NCBI RefSeq assembly: GCF_009914755.1
Contig: NC_060928.1
Direction: 5' to 3' (one strand)
DNA: 64,000 nt
From: the human T2T-CHM13v2.0 reference genome, Homo sapiens
Part shown: one piece after another, positions 14,341-30,451 of the stretch
Numbering within the stretch: position 1 is the first letter of the stretch
Layout of the letters: every line of letters begins with the position of its first letter
Program-made: the position numbers and the translations under genes
The notes under the pieces: model-generated
What the model was told of the DNA's origin: nothing
What the model saw: the letters and a program-made list of their open reading frames with translations, nothing else
Database searches by the model: none

Positions 14341-15873
14341 CCACTGCCCTGTGTCTGCCCTCCCGACCCCCTCTCCTGCCCAGCAGGGATGTGGGTGGCA
14401 GTGGTGCTGTGTGGAGGGTGGCGGGAGGACCGGGAAGACTGCGACCAGTGAGCCGGGAGGCCTTGGGACAGCCTCTCTCTGAATCATCCTGTGCACTGCC
14501 GGGTGTGACAGAGGCTCCTAGAGTCCTGCCTCAGATGGCCGCCTTCAGAGAGGGAGTCACTGACGTCCCTGCTCAGCGCAGCCCTGGCATGTGGGGGTCC
14601 CTCTACTCATGAGAAACCCCCACCCAATCACCGTGAGGTGTGTGACCCATGCTCACATCCAGGGGCCACTCATTCATTCAGGAAACATTGGCCGAGCCCT
14701 CAGCAGGGGGCGGTGCTGGATGCCGGGATGTAGAGAGTGCCAGCCCCGAGGGCAGCCCAGGGTGCCCCAGTGGTGAGGAGCCCTGGTGTGGAGTGCAGGG
14801 TTCGTTTGGACCACGGCTGTGGAGGCCTAGAGGAGCTCCCGCCATCAGGATGGCCGGGCATCAGGGCTCTTTGAGGGGGAAGGGGGCATCAGTGCAGCGG
14901 CGGGCAGGGGTTCGACGGGCTGAGTCCTGCGACGTGTTGCATCCACACCAGTGTCTGGGGCCAGCACCACTGCTCAGTCTCTGAACCCACTTATTTCGCC
15001 CAATATTGCATGAGTGGGAAGTTCCACCTTCCCCAGTCGGCTGCTTATCTCGTCTTTCCAATGCAGTTAGGAAGGGAAAATATTTTCTCCCCATTTTACA
15101 GATGAAGAAATGGGGCCTGGGGAGGAGCAGAGCCCAGAACTGCTGCCCACCACCCTCCCTGCCTGGTGCTTTCCTGGGAACATGTGGGAGCCCCCGCCTT
15201 GACCTTGGGACCTCCCATCTGTAATTGCAGGCCCCGGTCTGCCTGTGTGGATGTGGAATGTGTCACTCGGGATCCTGGAGTCCTCCTGAGCTTGTCCAGC
15301 AGGGCTGCATTCACTGATGTGCTGACAGAGGCCTAGGCTCGGACCTCTAGGAATATCCAAGGCATCTCATTACGCAGAAAACCACCCTCATGAGGTCCTG
15401 GGGGCCTCTCTCCATCTTCCTGGGGGTGATGCAATAGAGTGTAACTTCCAGGCTGCCGAGGCAGGCCATGAGGGGTTGCCCCCGTTGGAGGGGCAGAGTA
15501 GTATTTGTGGGGTGGTAGGAATCATTCAATGCCCACCTGCAACCCCCCGGGCTCACAGCACACTCTTAAGGCCAGTGCTACCAGCTCCCTTGGGTGGATA
15601 GAGGAGCTACGGCTCAGAAGCATGCCCACAGCTCCCCCAGGACCCTGAGGCCAGCCTGTGGCAGGGCCTGTGATTTGAACCCTTCTACGAGGCTTCAAAT
15701 CAGTGCTGTTTGTCCTGGCCTCATAAAACCTGGCTGCCCAGTTGGGATTGGTGTCACTTGCCTTGCTGAACTGGGCACTCCTTGGGAAGAGGGTGGGTGC
15801 TGCGAGAAGGCGGTGGATCCTGGCTGTGCAACCTTCGCAGGTGGCTGAACCTCTCTGTGCCTCAGTTTGCTCA

Positions 15874-16247
<374 letters not shown>

Positions 16248-16263
16248 AAGAGGGAATGCTGAG

Positions 16264-16438
16264 AGCCGGGTGTGGCCTGTGGCTCTGTAGCTACTCAGGA
16301 GGCTGAGTCAGGAGGATTGCTTTAGGCCAGAGATTCCAGGCTGCAGTGAGCTATGATCATGCTTGTGAACAGCCGCTATATTCTAGCCTGGGAAACACAG
16401 TGAGACCCTGTCTCTGAAAAAATAAAATATTTAAAAAA
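16264..16438 (+). mobile_element. FAM/FRAM Alu monomer
   Basis: gagctatgatcatgcttgtgaacagccgct...gagaccctgtctct plus A tail. Confidence 0.75.
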
Positions 16439-17757
16439 GAGTGAATGGTAGATCAGGGTCTTCTGTGGTGGGGTGGGTCTGGGCAGGGGTGGAGGCCCAG
16501 CCAGAGTCACTGGGGTCAGGGAGGGACTGGTGACCAGAATGCACAGCCCTGACCAGGGAAGCACCCAGGGAGCCTTCCCCGTGAGGGGGGACCTGGCCTC
16601 GCCCTGGCCTCACCCCGGCTGTGAGTTGGAACCAGCATGGAGGGAAGCCAGGCCCGGTGCACTCTGCCCAGGGGGATGTAGTTTGGCCAGTGGGGGCTGC
16701 CATCAGAGGCTGTCCTTACTGTGGGGTCGCTGTGGACGCTTTCCCTTCCGAAGCCTGGAACCTTGGGTCCCCATGCCCTCCAGCTCTGTGTCTCCTTCGT
16801 GGGCACCAGGAAGACGCATTCCCTGGCCTCCTTTGCAGTGGCTGGCTGTGGAAGGAGGCGCCTGGGGTCAGGTGGGTATAGGTGGGTACGTGGCATCACG
16901 AGGACATATTTTTGTAGAGGGAATTACATTCTTTCTTCCAATTTTTTATTATAAAAGTTTTCCAATTGAAACCACCCACACCCCAAGCCTGGGGCCGGCC
17001 TCCCATCACTGCCTTCTCAGCCCCCGGGGAGGCCTCCTTCTTTCTGCATGGCCTCTGGGCCCATCTGAGCATTCCTCTTCCCTGATGGGAGAAACGCCTG
17101 GTAGGGGAGAAGTGGATGTGGGTGTCCAGGCTAGTCTCAAATCCCAATGGCTGCCCCGGAATCCCCCCTGCACACCTCTCCTCCTGGTGCCCGGAGGGGG
17201 TGCCCACTCTGCTGCCAGGGATTTCCTGAGCAGCTGCTCCGACCACAGCCAGGGAAGAGTCCTTGCAGGAACTCTGCGGGCTGGGCCTGCCCTCCCCAGC
17301 CTTGGCATCTTCTTGTTGGTGTCTGAGTTTGAGTCTGTTCTGTGGGCTCTGTGGGAGGTGGGCCCAGCTTCTCACCATGCAGGACCCCTCACCCAGAGAC
17401 TGAAACCCACTTTGACTAACATGCCTCTGGGTTCCTTCACTGGCCCTGCCCAGTCGCATCCCATGGGAAGAAGGACTGGCTGCTCGGGGTTCTCAGACCC
17501 TAGCCTGGGAAAACCAGTCTGAGGGCAGGGATAACCCTTGGCCCTGCCTCTGATTGGGCCCTGAGTTAGGTGGGGTTCTTCCCTGCTGGGGGTCCTGGAG
17601 GCATGGGAGGGTTTTGGGGTTCTGTGTGAGAGAGGCCCCAGTCCCTTCAGTTCTCACAGATCCCCCAAGGCTGTGTGTCTGATCCATTGCTTTACATAAG
17701 AGAGGAATTGGAGCCAGGCAAAGCCCAGGATTAAAATGGGTGGTGGAGGGGGGAAGC

Positions 17758-18815
<1,058 letters not shown>

Positions 18816-19233
18816 ATTCTAGATAAGGAGGCATTGCTTCTTTTTTCTTCTGGTATTGAATGTCACTTTGGAGAAGTCTGATGTCAAGTTGGTTTTCTTT
18901 GCTTTATAAGATACTTGGTCTTTCTGTCTGGCTGCCTAAAGGATTATTTCTTTATCTTCAAAGTCCAGTGATTTTACAAAGGCATGTTTTGTGTTGACTG
19001 TTCTGGGCCAACACACACAAGTATACAGCATGCACTTTTACAGGCAGGCGCAAGTCTGCCTGCATTTCAATAAAAGAGGTCTTGAATGATAGTTTCAATC
19101 CTTGTTCATCAGGTGCTGTGGTGCACACCTGTGGTCCCAGCTACTCAGGAGGCCAGAAGTTCAAGGCCAGCCTGGGCAACGCTAGCTTATATGAGATCAT
19201 CTCTCACATAAATCAAGTAGTCAATTGTTCTGA

Positions 19234-19588
<355 letters not shown>

Positions 19589-19984
19589 CTTTACTGGTCT
19601 TTTATAGTCACTTTCTCTCTAATCCTTTTTAATCTCTTTCCTCTTTCTTTCCATTTGCTCACTTTTTCCTTTTTTACATGATTTTCGTGGTGTCTCTGCT
19701 CTCGTATTACCTGTAACTTCATTTCTTCATTTCTGAAATGGTTTTGTCTTTTTCTTCAGTTTCCTTCCTGAATTCTGTCATTTCCTACCACAGACTCCGC
19801 TGCCATTTGGCCACCTCTTCCCTGCGTTCTTATTCTGTGCTTATTCTCCTCTGTTCTTATTCTGTGCTGTAGTCTCCCTTCGGAGCTGAAGTTCTTGTTG
19901 GAATATTAGATCATGATTTTCATCTGGTTTGTGGCAGTATTTGTCTGATGAGATTTCTTCATTTGTAGGAGAATAGCACTGCTT

Positions 19985-21127
<1,143 letters not shown>

Positions 21128-22189
21128 AGCATTGCTTTTGGAAGTGGAGAGCGTGCCCATTCTTGTTACTCGTTTATTTGAATAGGATGGTTGTTCCGGC
21201 CAGGAGGTGCTGGGCCACGGCTCCTGGGAGGACCTCAGCACCACTCGCTCCTGTTGGCAGCTGAGCCAGCCCACCTTGAGGTCCTGTGCCTGGGTTACAG
21301 CTGGTGGTGTGTGGGTGCACAGTGATGGCCGGCCTCTGAGAGCTGGGGCGGGCCAGTGCGGCCTGACTCTGCCTGTAGGAAGCTCTAGAACAGGTCACGC
21401 TGATCTGCAATGAAAAGTCGCCTCTGGAGGGGGTGCAGTGGGGACTGATGAGCGCATATCTCGGGGGTGGTCAGGTTCTTATCTTGGTGGAGTCCGCTTT
21501 TGTCAACTCCCTGAGTGACACCCTTGAGATCTGTATAGCATGCTGGGTTGAACTGTGACTCCCAAATTCATATGTTGAAGTCTTGACCCCTGTATCTCAG
21601 AATATGCCAGGGCAGAGTCAGCAAAAAGAGGAAAATCTCCAGCCGGTTCCCCAGCTCTGAGCCTGTACCTGCCTTGGGGCCAGGAGAGGCTGAGGTGTGG
21701 GAAAAATGCATATTTGGGTTCCTCTGCCAGAGCATGGTCCTCCGTGGAGTCGGCCTCCTGCAGAGGGGAGCAGCAGGTGCTGTTGCATGCTACCGTCTCC
21801 CCTGAGCCTCTCAGGGTCTCCTTAGGAAGAGGGTGCATGTTCCCTCCCAGGTGCAGCTCACCCCTACCTCTGCCCCCCACATCTCCCTCCCCCCGCCCCA
21901 GGCAGCCCCCAAGACTTTCCTTGCCCTGAACTCCCATCTGCCTCCCGGGTCTGTCCTCTGTCCCTGGCTGCTCGGGTCAGCGTGGCCTCCGGTTCTCTCC
22001 CTTTCTGTCCCTTTTGCACTCTGGCTCCCTCTCTAGGCTGCGGTGCAGTGAGGACGCTGCCCAGGGCTGGAGGCTGGCGGGAGGTTGGGTGTGATGTGAG
22101 GCTGTGTTGCCGGCTGTTCTGGGGATGCTGACAACATTAGCGTGGCTCATGTTTATCGTGGGTCTAGCTCCCCTTGTACAGACATGGTC

Positions 22190-22685
22190 CTCTTCCCTTC
22201 CTCCGCGGAGGCAGAACCCTGATGCGTCGTGGGGCATGTAGCTGGCCAGAATGAAAACCTGCATCTCCCAGCCTCCTCCCTGAGGCTAAGTGGAGCCGAG
22301 CTGCTAAGTCGTGGCCAGTGGGTTAAAGGCAGAAGTGCTGTAGGAGACTTCCAGGAAGATGGCTCAAAAACAAGCTGACTCAGCTGGGACTTCTGGGAGG
22401 GGCCCTTTTCTGCCCTGTACTTTTCCAGCTTTCTTCCACCTGTCCTGTGGTCTTGATGGCTGGAGCACCAGCAGCCACCTTGGACCATGGAGTGGCTTTG
22501 AGGCTAGACACTATGCGTGGAGGACGAGGAGCAGGACAGCCAGGATCTGGGTCCCTGAGGACATCGAGGAGCTGCCACCTCACCCTCAATCAGTCATCCC
22601 CAGATTCTCCCTTCAGAAAGAAATCAGCTTCTTTCTTGTTTATGCTTCTTTTGCTGGGATTGTCATATGCAGCGAAACCAAACTG
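22190..22685 (+). mobile_element. MLT1J/K-type MaLR LTR
   Basis: tggagcaccagcagccaccttggaccatg...ggatctgggtccctgaggacatcgaggagc...catatgcagc. Confidence 0.7.
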
Positions 22686-22701
22686 TGGAGTCCCGATCAG
22701 C

Positions 22702-23656
22702 TGATAGAAATGAGGAAGGGGTTCCCTCCTCTGCACAGCTCCATGGCACCACAGGCCCTAGCTGGCAAGAACATGAACTAGGGTCGGGGAGAGCCGTTGT
22801 TCTAAGAAATGGCTAACCACAAGCAGCCCGCTTGCACAACCTCATGTTACCAAATACCTCACTCTGCACGTTAGCTCCAGCAGCATGACCCTGTCTGCAT
22901 GGGGCCTCTCCAGCGTGACCCTGTCTGCATGTGGCCTCTCCAGCGTGACCCTGTTTGCATGTCGCCTCTCCAGTGTGACCGTTTCCACATGTAGCCTCTC
23001 CAGCATGACCCTGTCTGCATGTGGCCTCTCCAGAGTGACCCTGTCTGCATGTGGCCTCTCCAGAGTGACCCTGTCTGCATGTGGCCTCTCCAGCGTGATG
23101 CTGTCTGCGTGGGGCCTCTCCAGCGTGACCCTGTCTGCGTGGGGCCTCTCCAGCGTGACCCTGTCTGCGTGGGGCCTCTCCAGCGTGACCCTGTCTGCGT
23201 GGGGCCTCTCCAGCGTGACCCTGTCTGCGTGGGGCCTCTCCTGCGTGACCCTGTCTGCGTGGGGCCTCTCCAGCGTGACCCTGTCTGCGTGGGGCCTCTC
23301 CAGCGTGACCCTGTCTGCGTGGGGCCTCTCCAGCGTGACCCTGTCTGCGTGTGGCCTCTCCAGAGTGACCCTGTCTGCATGTCGCCTCTCCAGCATGACT
23401 GTATCCACATGTGGCCTCTCCAGTGTGACTCTGTTTGCATGTGGCCTCTCCAGCATGACCCTGTCTGCATGTCGCCTCTCCAGTGTGACCCTATCAAACT
23501 TCCCCCTGGCCCCTGCCCCTGGGGAGGTGGCCTTCTCTCTGCCATGCTGCCTGCTGTTCTCTTGCAAGGTGTCTTCAGACTTTCTTTACCCACGACTGTC
23601 TCGGTAAATTCTTTTACCACCCGTGACACCAGCCCCAGCCAGTTGCACCTGCAACA
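22702..23656 (+). mobile_element. ERVL solo LTR (MER54/MER73/MER74-like) containing a VNTR
   Basis: TG..CA ends. gaccctatcaaacttccc (degenerate TATA) and gactgtctcggtaaattcttttaccacccg typical of this LTR group. Confidence 0.65.
22891..23490. repeat. 30-bp VNTR, 20 copies (ctgtctgcgtggggcctctccagcgtgacc)
   Basis: Exact 30-bp phase over 600 bp. Confidence 0.98.
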
Positions 23657-23714
23657 CTGGCTGCAGTGGATTCCTTGTTGCTGATACTCCACATAACGTT
23701 GTTAGGTGTCATAT

Positions 23715-23820
23715 ATGATCATTCTTTAACAGAGGGGCAAGCTGAGGCTCAGAGAGGTTAAGGCACTTGCTCAAGGTCACACAGCAGAGAGGTTGTGAGT
23801 AAGCCAGGCTGCTGGCTTAG
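23715..23820. mobile_element. MIR
   Basis: acagaggggcaagctgaggctcagagaggttaaggcacttgctcaaggtcacacagc. Confidence 0.85.
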
Positions 23821-26009
23821 AACACTGCCATGGCATTTCTCAGATCACCTCGCTCAGGGACTCCTGGCAGTTCCCCCTGCGTCATAGCGGTGAGTCTGTC
23901 CAGGATGAGCCACTCCAGGCTACCGAGGGCCAGCTGGAGGGCCTGCAGACACCTGCTGTGGAGTCAAGGTCCACACCATCAGCCGGAAGAGAGGTCTCAG
24001 GAGGGGCATTAGTGTTTGTCCTCGCTGTGATTGCACTGACTGACAAATCAGCTGTGGGACAATGGAAAACACAGTAGCAGCTTGTTACTGAGAAGGGAGG
24101 ACTCAGGGTGGACCTGACCCCTCTGCAGATGGCTTGGTGAGAACGTGGCCTGCCCTGTTGGCTCCTCCCTCTGGGTATTGGAATTGCCGGGCAGCCAGAG
24201 GCTTACCTGGGGTTACTGGCACCCAGGGAGGAGAAGCCCTGAGCTGTGCGGCTGCTGAGGAAGGCTGTCTGCAGGGGAGAGCCCGAGCGCTGAAGGAGGC
24301 CAGTGGGCTCAGCCCGATGTCTCCATTCTCCTTCCTACAGCAACCAGGGTGCTTGGAGCAACCAATTGCCCCCCCTTACCTGGTAGGGATGCTAGGAGGG
24401 AGAGCGAGCCATTCCTCTAACATCAGTGACCATGTCTTGGTTCCAAAACCCCTTAAGCCTTGGGTTATTTATCAGCAAAAAGAGAAGGGAGGTGCTCAGG
24501 GGGTCTTCGTGGAGATCCCCTGCTCCCCTCGCCTTGAATGTGGAGAGGGCCCAAGACTCCCTAGGGAAGGCAGGTGATATAGACTCCAGGTGTGCCCTGC
24601 TCCGTCCTCGGCACCACTCTGCAGCACCACAGGCAGTCTGGGGTGCAGATAACATCTCCCTGGGCACAGCTTTGCACCAGGGCATGCTGGGGTACAGCCA
24701 CACTTGCACAGCCTGTGGATCCCTGCAGCCTGGGGATTGGGCTGCTATTCCCACTGCAGGGAGGGAGGTGGTCGGAGGTAGGGGCTGCTCCTACCTAGGT
24801 ACTTCTGGCCTCACCAGAAGAAGGGGGAGGGTTTGCACATTGAGTGGCACCTGCTCCATGTTTGTGCCTGTATTTACATCATTATTCTGAAGGCCAAGAG
24901 ATTGGACCTGCCGGAGCTCCATGCACAGACCCTGTGCAGGTGCATGTGGGCTTCTGGCTTCCTGGTGTGCACAGCCCCTTCTCTCCCTTCTGGACTGTGG
25001 CAGTGTACTAGGGACATTGTAGCCACTGTGTAAAGTCTCCCGCTTTCTGGGACAATTTTATTCACTCATGTGTGTTGAGAGCTTGTTTTGTGCTGGGGTC
25101 CCTGGGGAGAACGCTGGGTTCACTCATAGTTCCACAACAAGAGACCTGTGGCCTTTGTTGTGGACAGGGGCCAAGAGCACGTAGAGAAGGCGCTGAATGC
25201 TCCTTGGCTTCCAGGGGAAAGATCAGGACTGGAAGGATGTGGGAACTGCCCAAAGCTACAGAATCTGCTGTCTCAATGGCTGAGCAGGGTGCAGAGTGCA
25301 TGCGGCTGTTTGTTCTGTGGCACTGGTAACCTTGGCACTTCTCCAGGTGTGAAGGACAGCATGGGAGTGAGCCTGTGAAGTTGTAGGCAGAGTCCAGGCA
25401 GCCCCGAGCCTGGGTTGGTTGTAGCTGTCAGAGTGGCAGCAGGTGGACAGAGGGGATGGGCTCGGGGGGAGGCGGGGGGACCCGCTTGAGTGGGAGTCAG
25501 CCTGGGGGCATCTCAATCCCTCTGATGCCTGGTTTGGGTCCCCAGCACTACTTAGCCCACCCCACTGAGCCTGTCTGTGCCTGGCCTGGCACTGGTGATG
25601 CAGGGACTGAGTCAGGCAGGGCACGACCCAGAGAGCCCATGGGCAGACAATGTTGGTGCTGCATGCCCGGGCTTAAACCAGCAAGCCTGATTCTGAATGT
25701 CCACAAGCTCTTGGCTGGTGGGGCCACAGGACTGGGACCCAAGCCTCCTGGCGACATGGGTGAGGCCATCTGTCATCGGTCCTTCTCTCAGGCCACCTGG
25801 TTCCCTGTGACTCACTTGGTGTTGGCCAGGTGCATGGATGCAGATCTGAGCAGACAGTCCCTGTGTCCCCAGTCTGGTTGGGGGTGCAGGGGTCTGGAGC
25901 CCATGTGAGCCTGGTGAGAGCCTGGGAAGGAACCACTTTTTCCATGGCAGAGCTGAGTGCAAAGCACGCTGTTGCACTGCTCTGGTGGTGGCATTTTACT
26001 CTGTAACCT

Positions 26010-26495
26010 ATTCATCCACACACTCATGTATTTCTCCACCCACCCATTCATCTACTTATCCACCCATTCACCCATCCATCCACTTATCCATCCACCCATC
26101 TACACATCCATCCATCCACCCACACACCCATCCACCCACCCACCCATCCACCCACCCATCCATCCATACACCCACCCATCCATCACTTATTTGTTCATCT
26201 ATCCATCCATTCCCCATCTGTCCATCCACCTACTCACCCATCCATCCACCATCCATCCAACCATCCATTCATGCATCCATCTACTCATCCATTCATCCAT
26301 CCATCCACCCATTCACCCACCCACCCATCCACGTATTGACCCATCCATCCACCCATCCATCTACCCATACTTCCATCTATCCACATACCTGCCCATGCAC
26401 CCACTCATCCATCCACCCACCCACTCACCTATCCACCCATCCACCCATCCATGCATCCATCCATCCATCCCCCCACCCACCCGCCTCGTCCCTCC
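26010..26495. repeat. (CCAT/CCAC)n array, followed by an antisense L2 3' end
   Basis: Direct inspection. Confidence 0.95.
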
Positions 26496-26803
26496 ATCTG
26501 AAGGTCATTACGGAACAGCTGTGAAGCTGAGATGCTGGGGACCCAGTGGTTACTCAGGACAGTCATGGACACTGCCCTCTAGGCTGTGCTTCCTGGCAGG
26601 CAGAAGCAGCGAACAGGACCCTTTGCAGATAGTGGTGTCTGCTGTAAAGGAGAGAAAACAGCGAGAGTAAAAGAGTTGAAGAGCTACTGGGGTCTCCTGG
26701 GACTCTTTTCCATTCTGAGTCCTGAGCCCACCGAGAAGTAAGGCATGAAGGCAGGTGCTGGAAACCCAAAACCCTTCTATCAGTGCCAACTCCTCCATCA
26801 GGT

Positions 26804-27719
26804 TGTAAACCAAAAGATATCTGAGACAGGTCTCAATAAATTTAAAACACTTATTTTGCCAAGGTGAAGTAAGGGCCTGTGACACAGCCTCAGGAGGTCT
26901 TGACGACATGTGCCCAAAGTGGTCAGGGTACAGTTTGCTTTTTTTTTTTTTTTTGTTATTTTATTTTATTGAGATAGAGTCTCACTCTGTTGCTCAGGCT
27001 GGAGTGCAGTGGTGCGATCTCGGCTCACTGCAACCTCCGTCTCCCGGGTTCAAGCAATTCTCTGTCCCAGCCTCCCCAGTAGCTGGGAATATAGGCGCAT
27101 GGTACCATGCATGGCTAAGTTTTTGTATTTTTAGTAGAGACAGGGTTTCACCATCTTGGCCAGACTGGTCTCGAGCTCCTGACCTCGTCATCCACCTGCC
27201 TTGGTCTCCCAAAGTGCTGGGATTACAGGCGTGAGCCACCATGCTTTCTTTTGTACATTTTAGGGGGACATGAGACATCAATCAATATGTGTAAGATGTA
27301 CGTTTGTTTGGTCAGGTAAGGTGGGGCAGCTTGACAACTTGCGGGGGTGGGGGACTTCCAGGTCATAAGTAGGTAAGAGACAAACTGTTGCATTCTTTTG
27401 AGACCTTGATCGGCTTCCCACTGAAACACAATTTAGTCTGGCTCAGGGAATCTGTATTTTTATATCAACAATAGGGCAGAGGAAGCCATCAGATATGGAT
27501 TTGTCTCAGGGGAGCAGAGGGATGGCGTTGGGTCCTGTCTGTCATTTGTCTATGAGGAATTTCCTCATGGGCAAATTTTGAGGGAGGTAGTGGCTTTTTA
27601 GTCTCTGTAGCCATCTTATTCAGGAGTGGACTGGGAGGCAGGTTTGCCTGAGCAGTACCTAGCTTGACTCTTCCCTTGGCTTGGTAATTTTGGGGCCTGA
27701 GATTGATTTTCCTTTCACA
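26804..27719 (-). mobile_element. MER4A-type solo LTR with an inserted antisense AluS (~26938-27243)
   Basis: Reverse complement begins TGTGAAAGGAAAATCAATCTCAGGCCCCAAAATTACCAAGCCAAGGGAAGAGTCAAGCT. Near-TSD aggt/gggt. Confidence 0.88.
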
Positions 27720-28389
27720 GGGTGTAGCAGGCTTAGTGCCAGGGCCCAGGAGACTTTTAGGGGTCAGGAAAGTGGTTTAATGCCTTCTAAAATCAGAATA
27801 AACACAGTGCAGCCTGGGCTGTAGTCATCTTTCTACAAACGCAGTTATGAAACATCATTCGTAATACTTTAGCCCAGAGGAGGGGCCCACAGAGGCTGTG
27901 ATGCCAGGCTGCCCGTTATTCCCAATGGAGGCTGGTCGGAGGACGCGGCTCAGAGTGAAGGCCAAGGGGGCCTTCCCTGAACCCCAGAGTGGAGAGGCCA
28001 CCTGCCCAAAGGTGCAGCCCAGGCCAGCCTCCAGGGAGCCCCCACCTGTTCAGCAGAGCAGGCCACCCCTGCAGGTGGCAGCGGAGAGTGAGCTCAGCCT
28101 GCCCTGCAGACCCCGCCTGGATTTGCCAACCCCTCCCTGCGTGGGGGTGGGTGACAAATGGTGGGAGAGAGGCAGGGGTCGGAGAAGTCAGTTTTCTCCA
28201 CGTGGAAGGAGGCTCGGGAGTTGGGGAGGACACCCCCACCTTCCCCGGCCTTTTGTTGCCCTACCCAAGGGCCTCGTGGTCACACTTGTGGTCAGCTGGG
28301 GGGCCGCCCCTAGGGAGAGGAGAACTGTCGGGGTCCCCTTCATGAAGCCACTCCCAGGACTGCAGGGGGCCGTTTGGGTTTACCCCCCA

Positions 28390-29121
28390 TGAAACTGCCT
28401 TTGCAAAAATTATAAGTGAGGAAATGATGACAGTGAAAGAAATCAGACCTAACCGACTCCATATTCCTTCTAACCTTTAAGCTGTCCTTATTCATCCCTG
28501 GGCGTAGGCCGAACTAACTTTGGGAAGGAATTCAGTTCATGGTTTGACTCTGAAACAAAACTGATAACAGCCCTTTCCCGAATAGACCCCCTTCTTGCCT
28601 GAGGACCAGTCGGCCTTTGTAGGACTAACAAATTAGCTGCAAGATTAGAAATTATGGTTTAGGGGTCTTGCGGCCTCCGGCTGTGAGAGTCTGAACCTCC
28701 CCAGATTGCTTCTGGGGATCACCTCACTATTGTAAAACCTGAGATCAGTGCTGGGGATATTCTGCAGACCCCGCACTCATGGATCAGCTGACACCACCTA
28801 GACCAGTCATCTGACTCAACCAGTTCCGCCATCCCACCCAGGAACAGAAGACAGCAAGAAAAACTCACTTTGACCCCCTATGAGTCCATCTCCAAACGGA
28901 CCAACCGGCATTCCCCACTTCCTGAGCCCCTACCTGCCAAATTATCTTTAAAAACTCTGATCCCCAAATGCTCGGGGAGACCCTTTTGAGTAATAATAAA
29001 ACTCTGGTCTCCCGCACAGCTGGCTCTGCGTTGAGTTACTCCTTCTCCTTTGCAATTCCCCTGTCTTGATAATTCGGCTGTGTCTAGGCAGCCGGCGAGG
29101 TGAACACACTGGGCAGTTACA
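28390..29121 (+). mobile_element. LTR8 solo LTR
   Basis: TGAAACTGCCTTTGCAAAAATTAT...aataaaactctggtctcccgcacagc...gggcagttaCA. Confidence 0.9.
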
Positions 29122-29235
29122 ACAGGATTAATGAAACTGATGCAAAGCTCGTTTGTGCCAAAGCTGGAACTCATGCCTCCCACCCGCCGTCCACGTGGTA
29201 TCCAGCTGCACGGTCACGCGGTGTCTAGCTGCATG

Positions 29236-30451
29236 GTCACGTGACATTGCAGCTCTGCCGTGGCAATGGCAAGACTGTGACACACGGCGGCCCCACGCGG
29301 TGTCCACTGCACAGTCACACGACATTGCAGCACTGCTGTGGTGACAGCAAGACTGTGACACACGGCGGCCGCACACGGTGTCCACTGCACAGTCACACGA
29401 CATTGCAGCACTGCCATGGCAATGGCAAGACTGTGACACACGGCGGCCCCACACGGTGTCCACTGCACAGTCATGCGACATTGCAGCTGTGCCATGGTGA
29501 CGGCAAGACTGTGACACACGGCGGCCGCACGCGGTGTCCACTGCACAGTCACACGACATTGCAGCACTGCCGTGGCAATGGCAAGACTGTGACACACGGC
29601 GGCCCCACACGGTGTCCACTGCACAGTCATGCGACATTGCAGCTGTGCCATGGTGACTGCAAGACTGTGACACACGGCAGCCCCACACGGTGTCCACTGC
29701 ACAGTCACGCGACATTGCAGCTGTGCCATGGTGACGGCAAGACTGTGACACACGGCGGCCCCACGCGGTGTCCACTGCACAGTCACGTGACATTGCAGCA
29801 CTGCTGTGGCGACGGCAAGACTGTGACACACGGCGGCCGCACGCGGTGTCCACTGCACAGTCACATGACATTGCAGCACTGCCGTGGCAATGGCAAGACT
29901 GTGACACACGGCGGCCCCACGCGGTCTCCACTGCACAGTCACGCGACATTGCAGCTGTGCCATGGTGACGGCAAGACTGTGACGGCGGCCCCACGCGGTG
30001 TCCACTGCACAGTCACGCGACATTGCAGCTGTGCCATGGTGACGGCAAGACTGTGACACACGGCGGCCGCATGCGGTCTCCACTGCACAGTCACGTGACA
30101 TTGCAGCTCCACCGTGGCAACGGCAAGACTGTGACACACGGCGGCCCCACGCGGTGTCCACTGCACAGTCACGTGACATTGCAGCACTGCTGTGGTGATG
30201 GCAAGACTGTGACACACGGCGGCCGCACGCAGTGTCCACTGCACAGTCACACGACATTGCAGCACTGCCGTGGCAATGGCAAGACTGTGACACACGGCGG
30301 CCCCACACGGTGTCCACTGCACAGGCACGCGACATTGCAGCTGTGCCATGGTGAAGGCAAGACTGTGACACACGGCGGCCCCACGCGGTCTCCACTGCAC
30401 AGTCACGCGACATTGCAGCTGTGCCATGGCGACGGCAAGACTGTGACACAC
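29236..30451. repeat. 78-bp CpG-rich VNTR, ~15.5 copies
   Basis: gacattgcag recurs every 78 bp from 29243 to 30409. One unit is 74 bp. Confidence 0.98.

Noticed and set aside
16473-17522. 349-aa ORF (also 45984-46892, 302 aa, and 39844-40617, 257 aa)
   Set aside because: Non-ATG or weak starts, GC-rich low-stop composition and no recognisable homology.
22842-23692. 221-273 aa repetitive ORFs on both strands
   Set aside because: Translation of the 30-bp VNTR.
29275-30450. CACAGTC resembling the RSS heptamer
   Set aside because: One mismatch to CACAGTG and no nonamer at 12/23 spacing.
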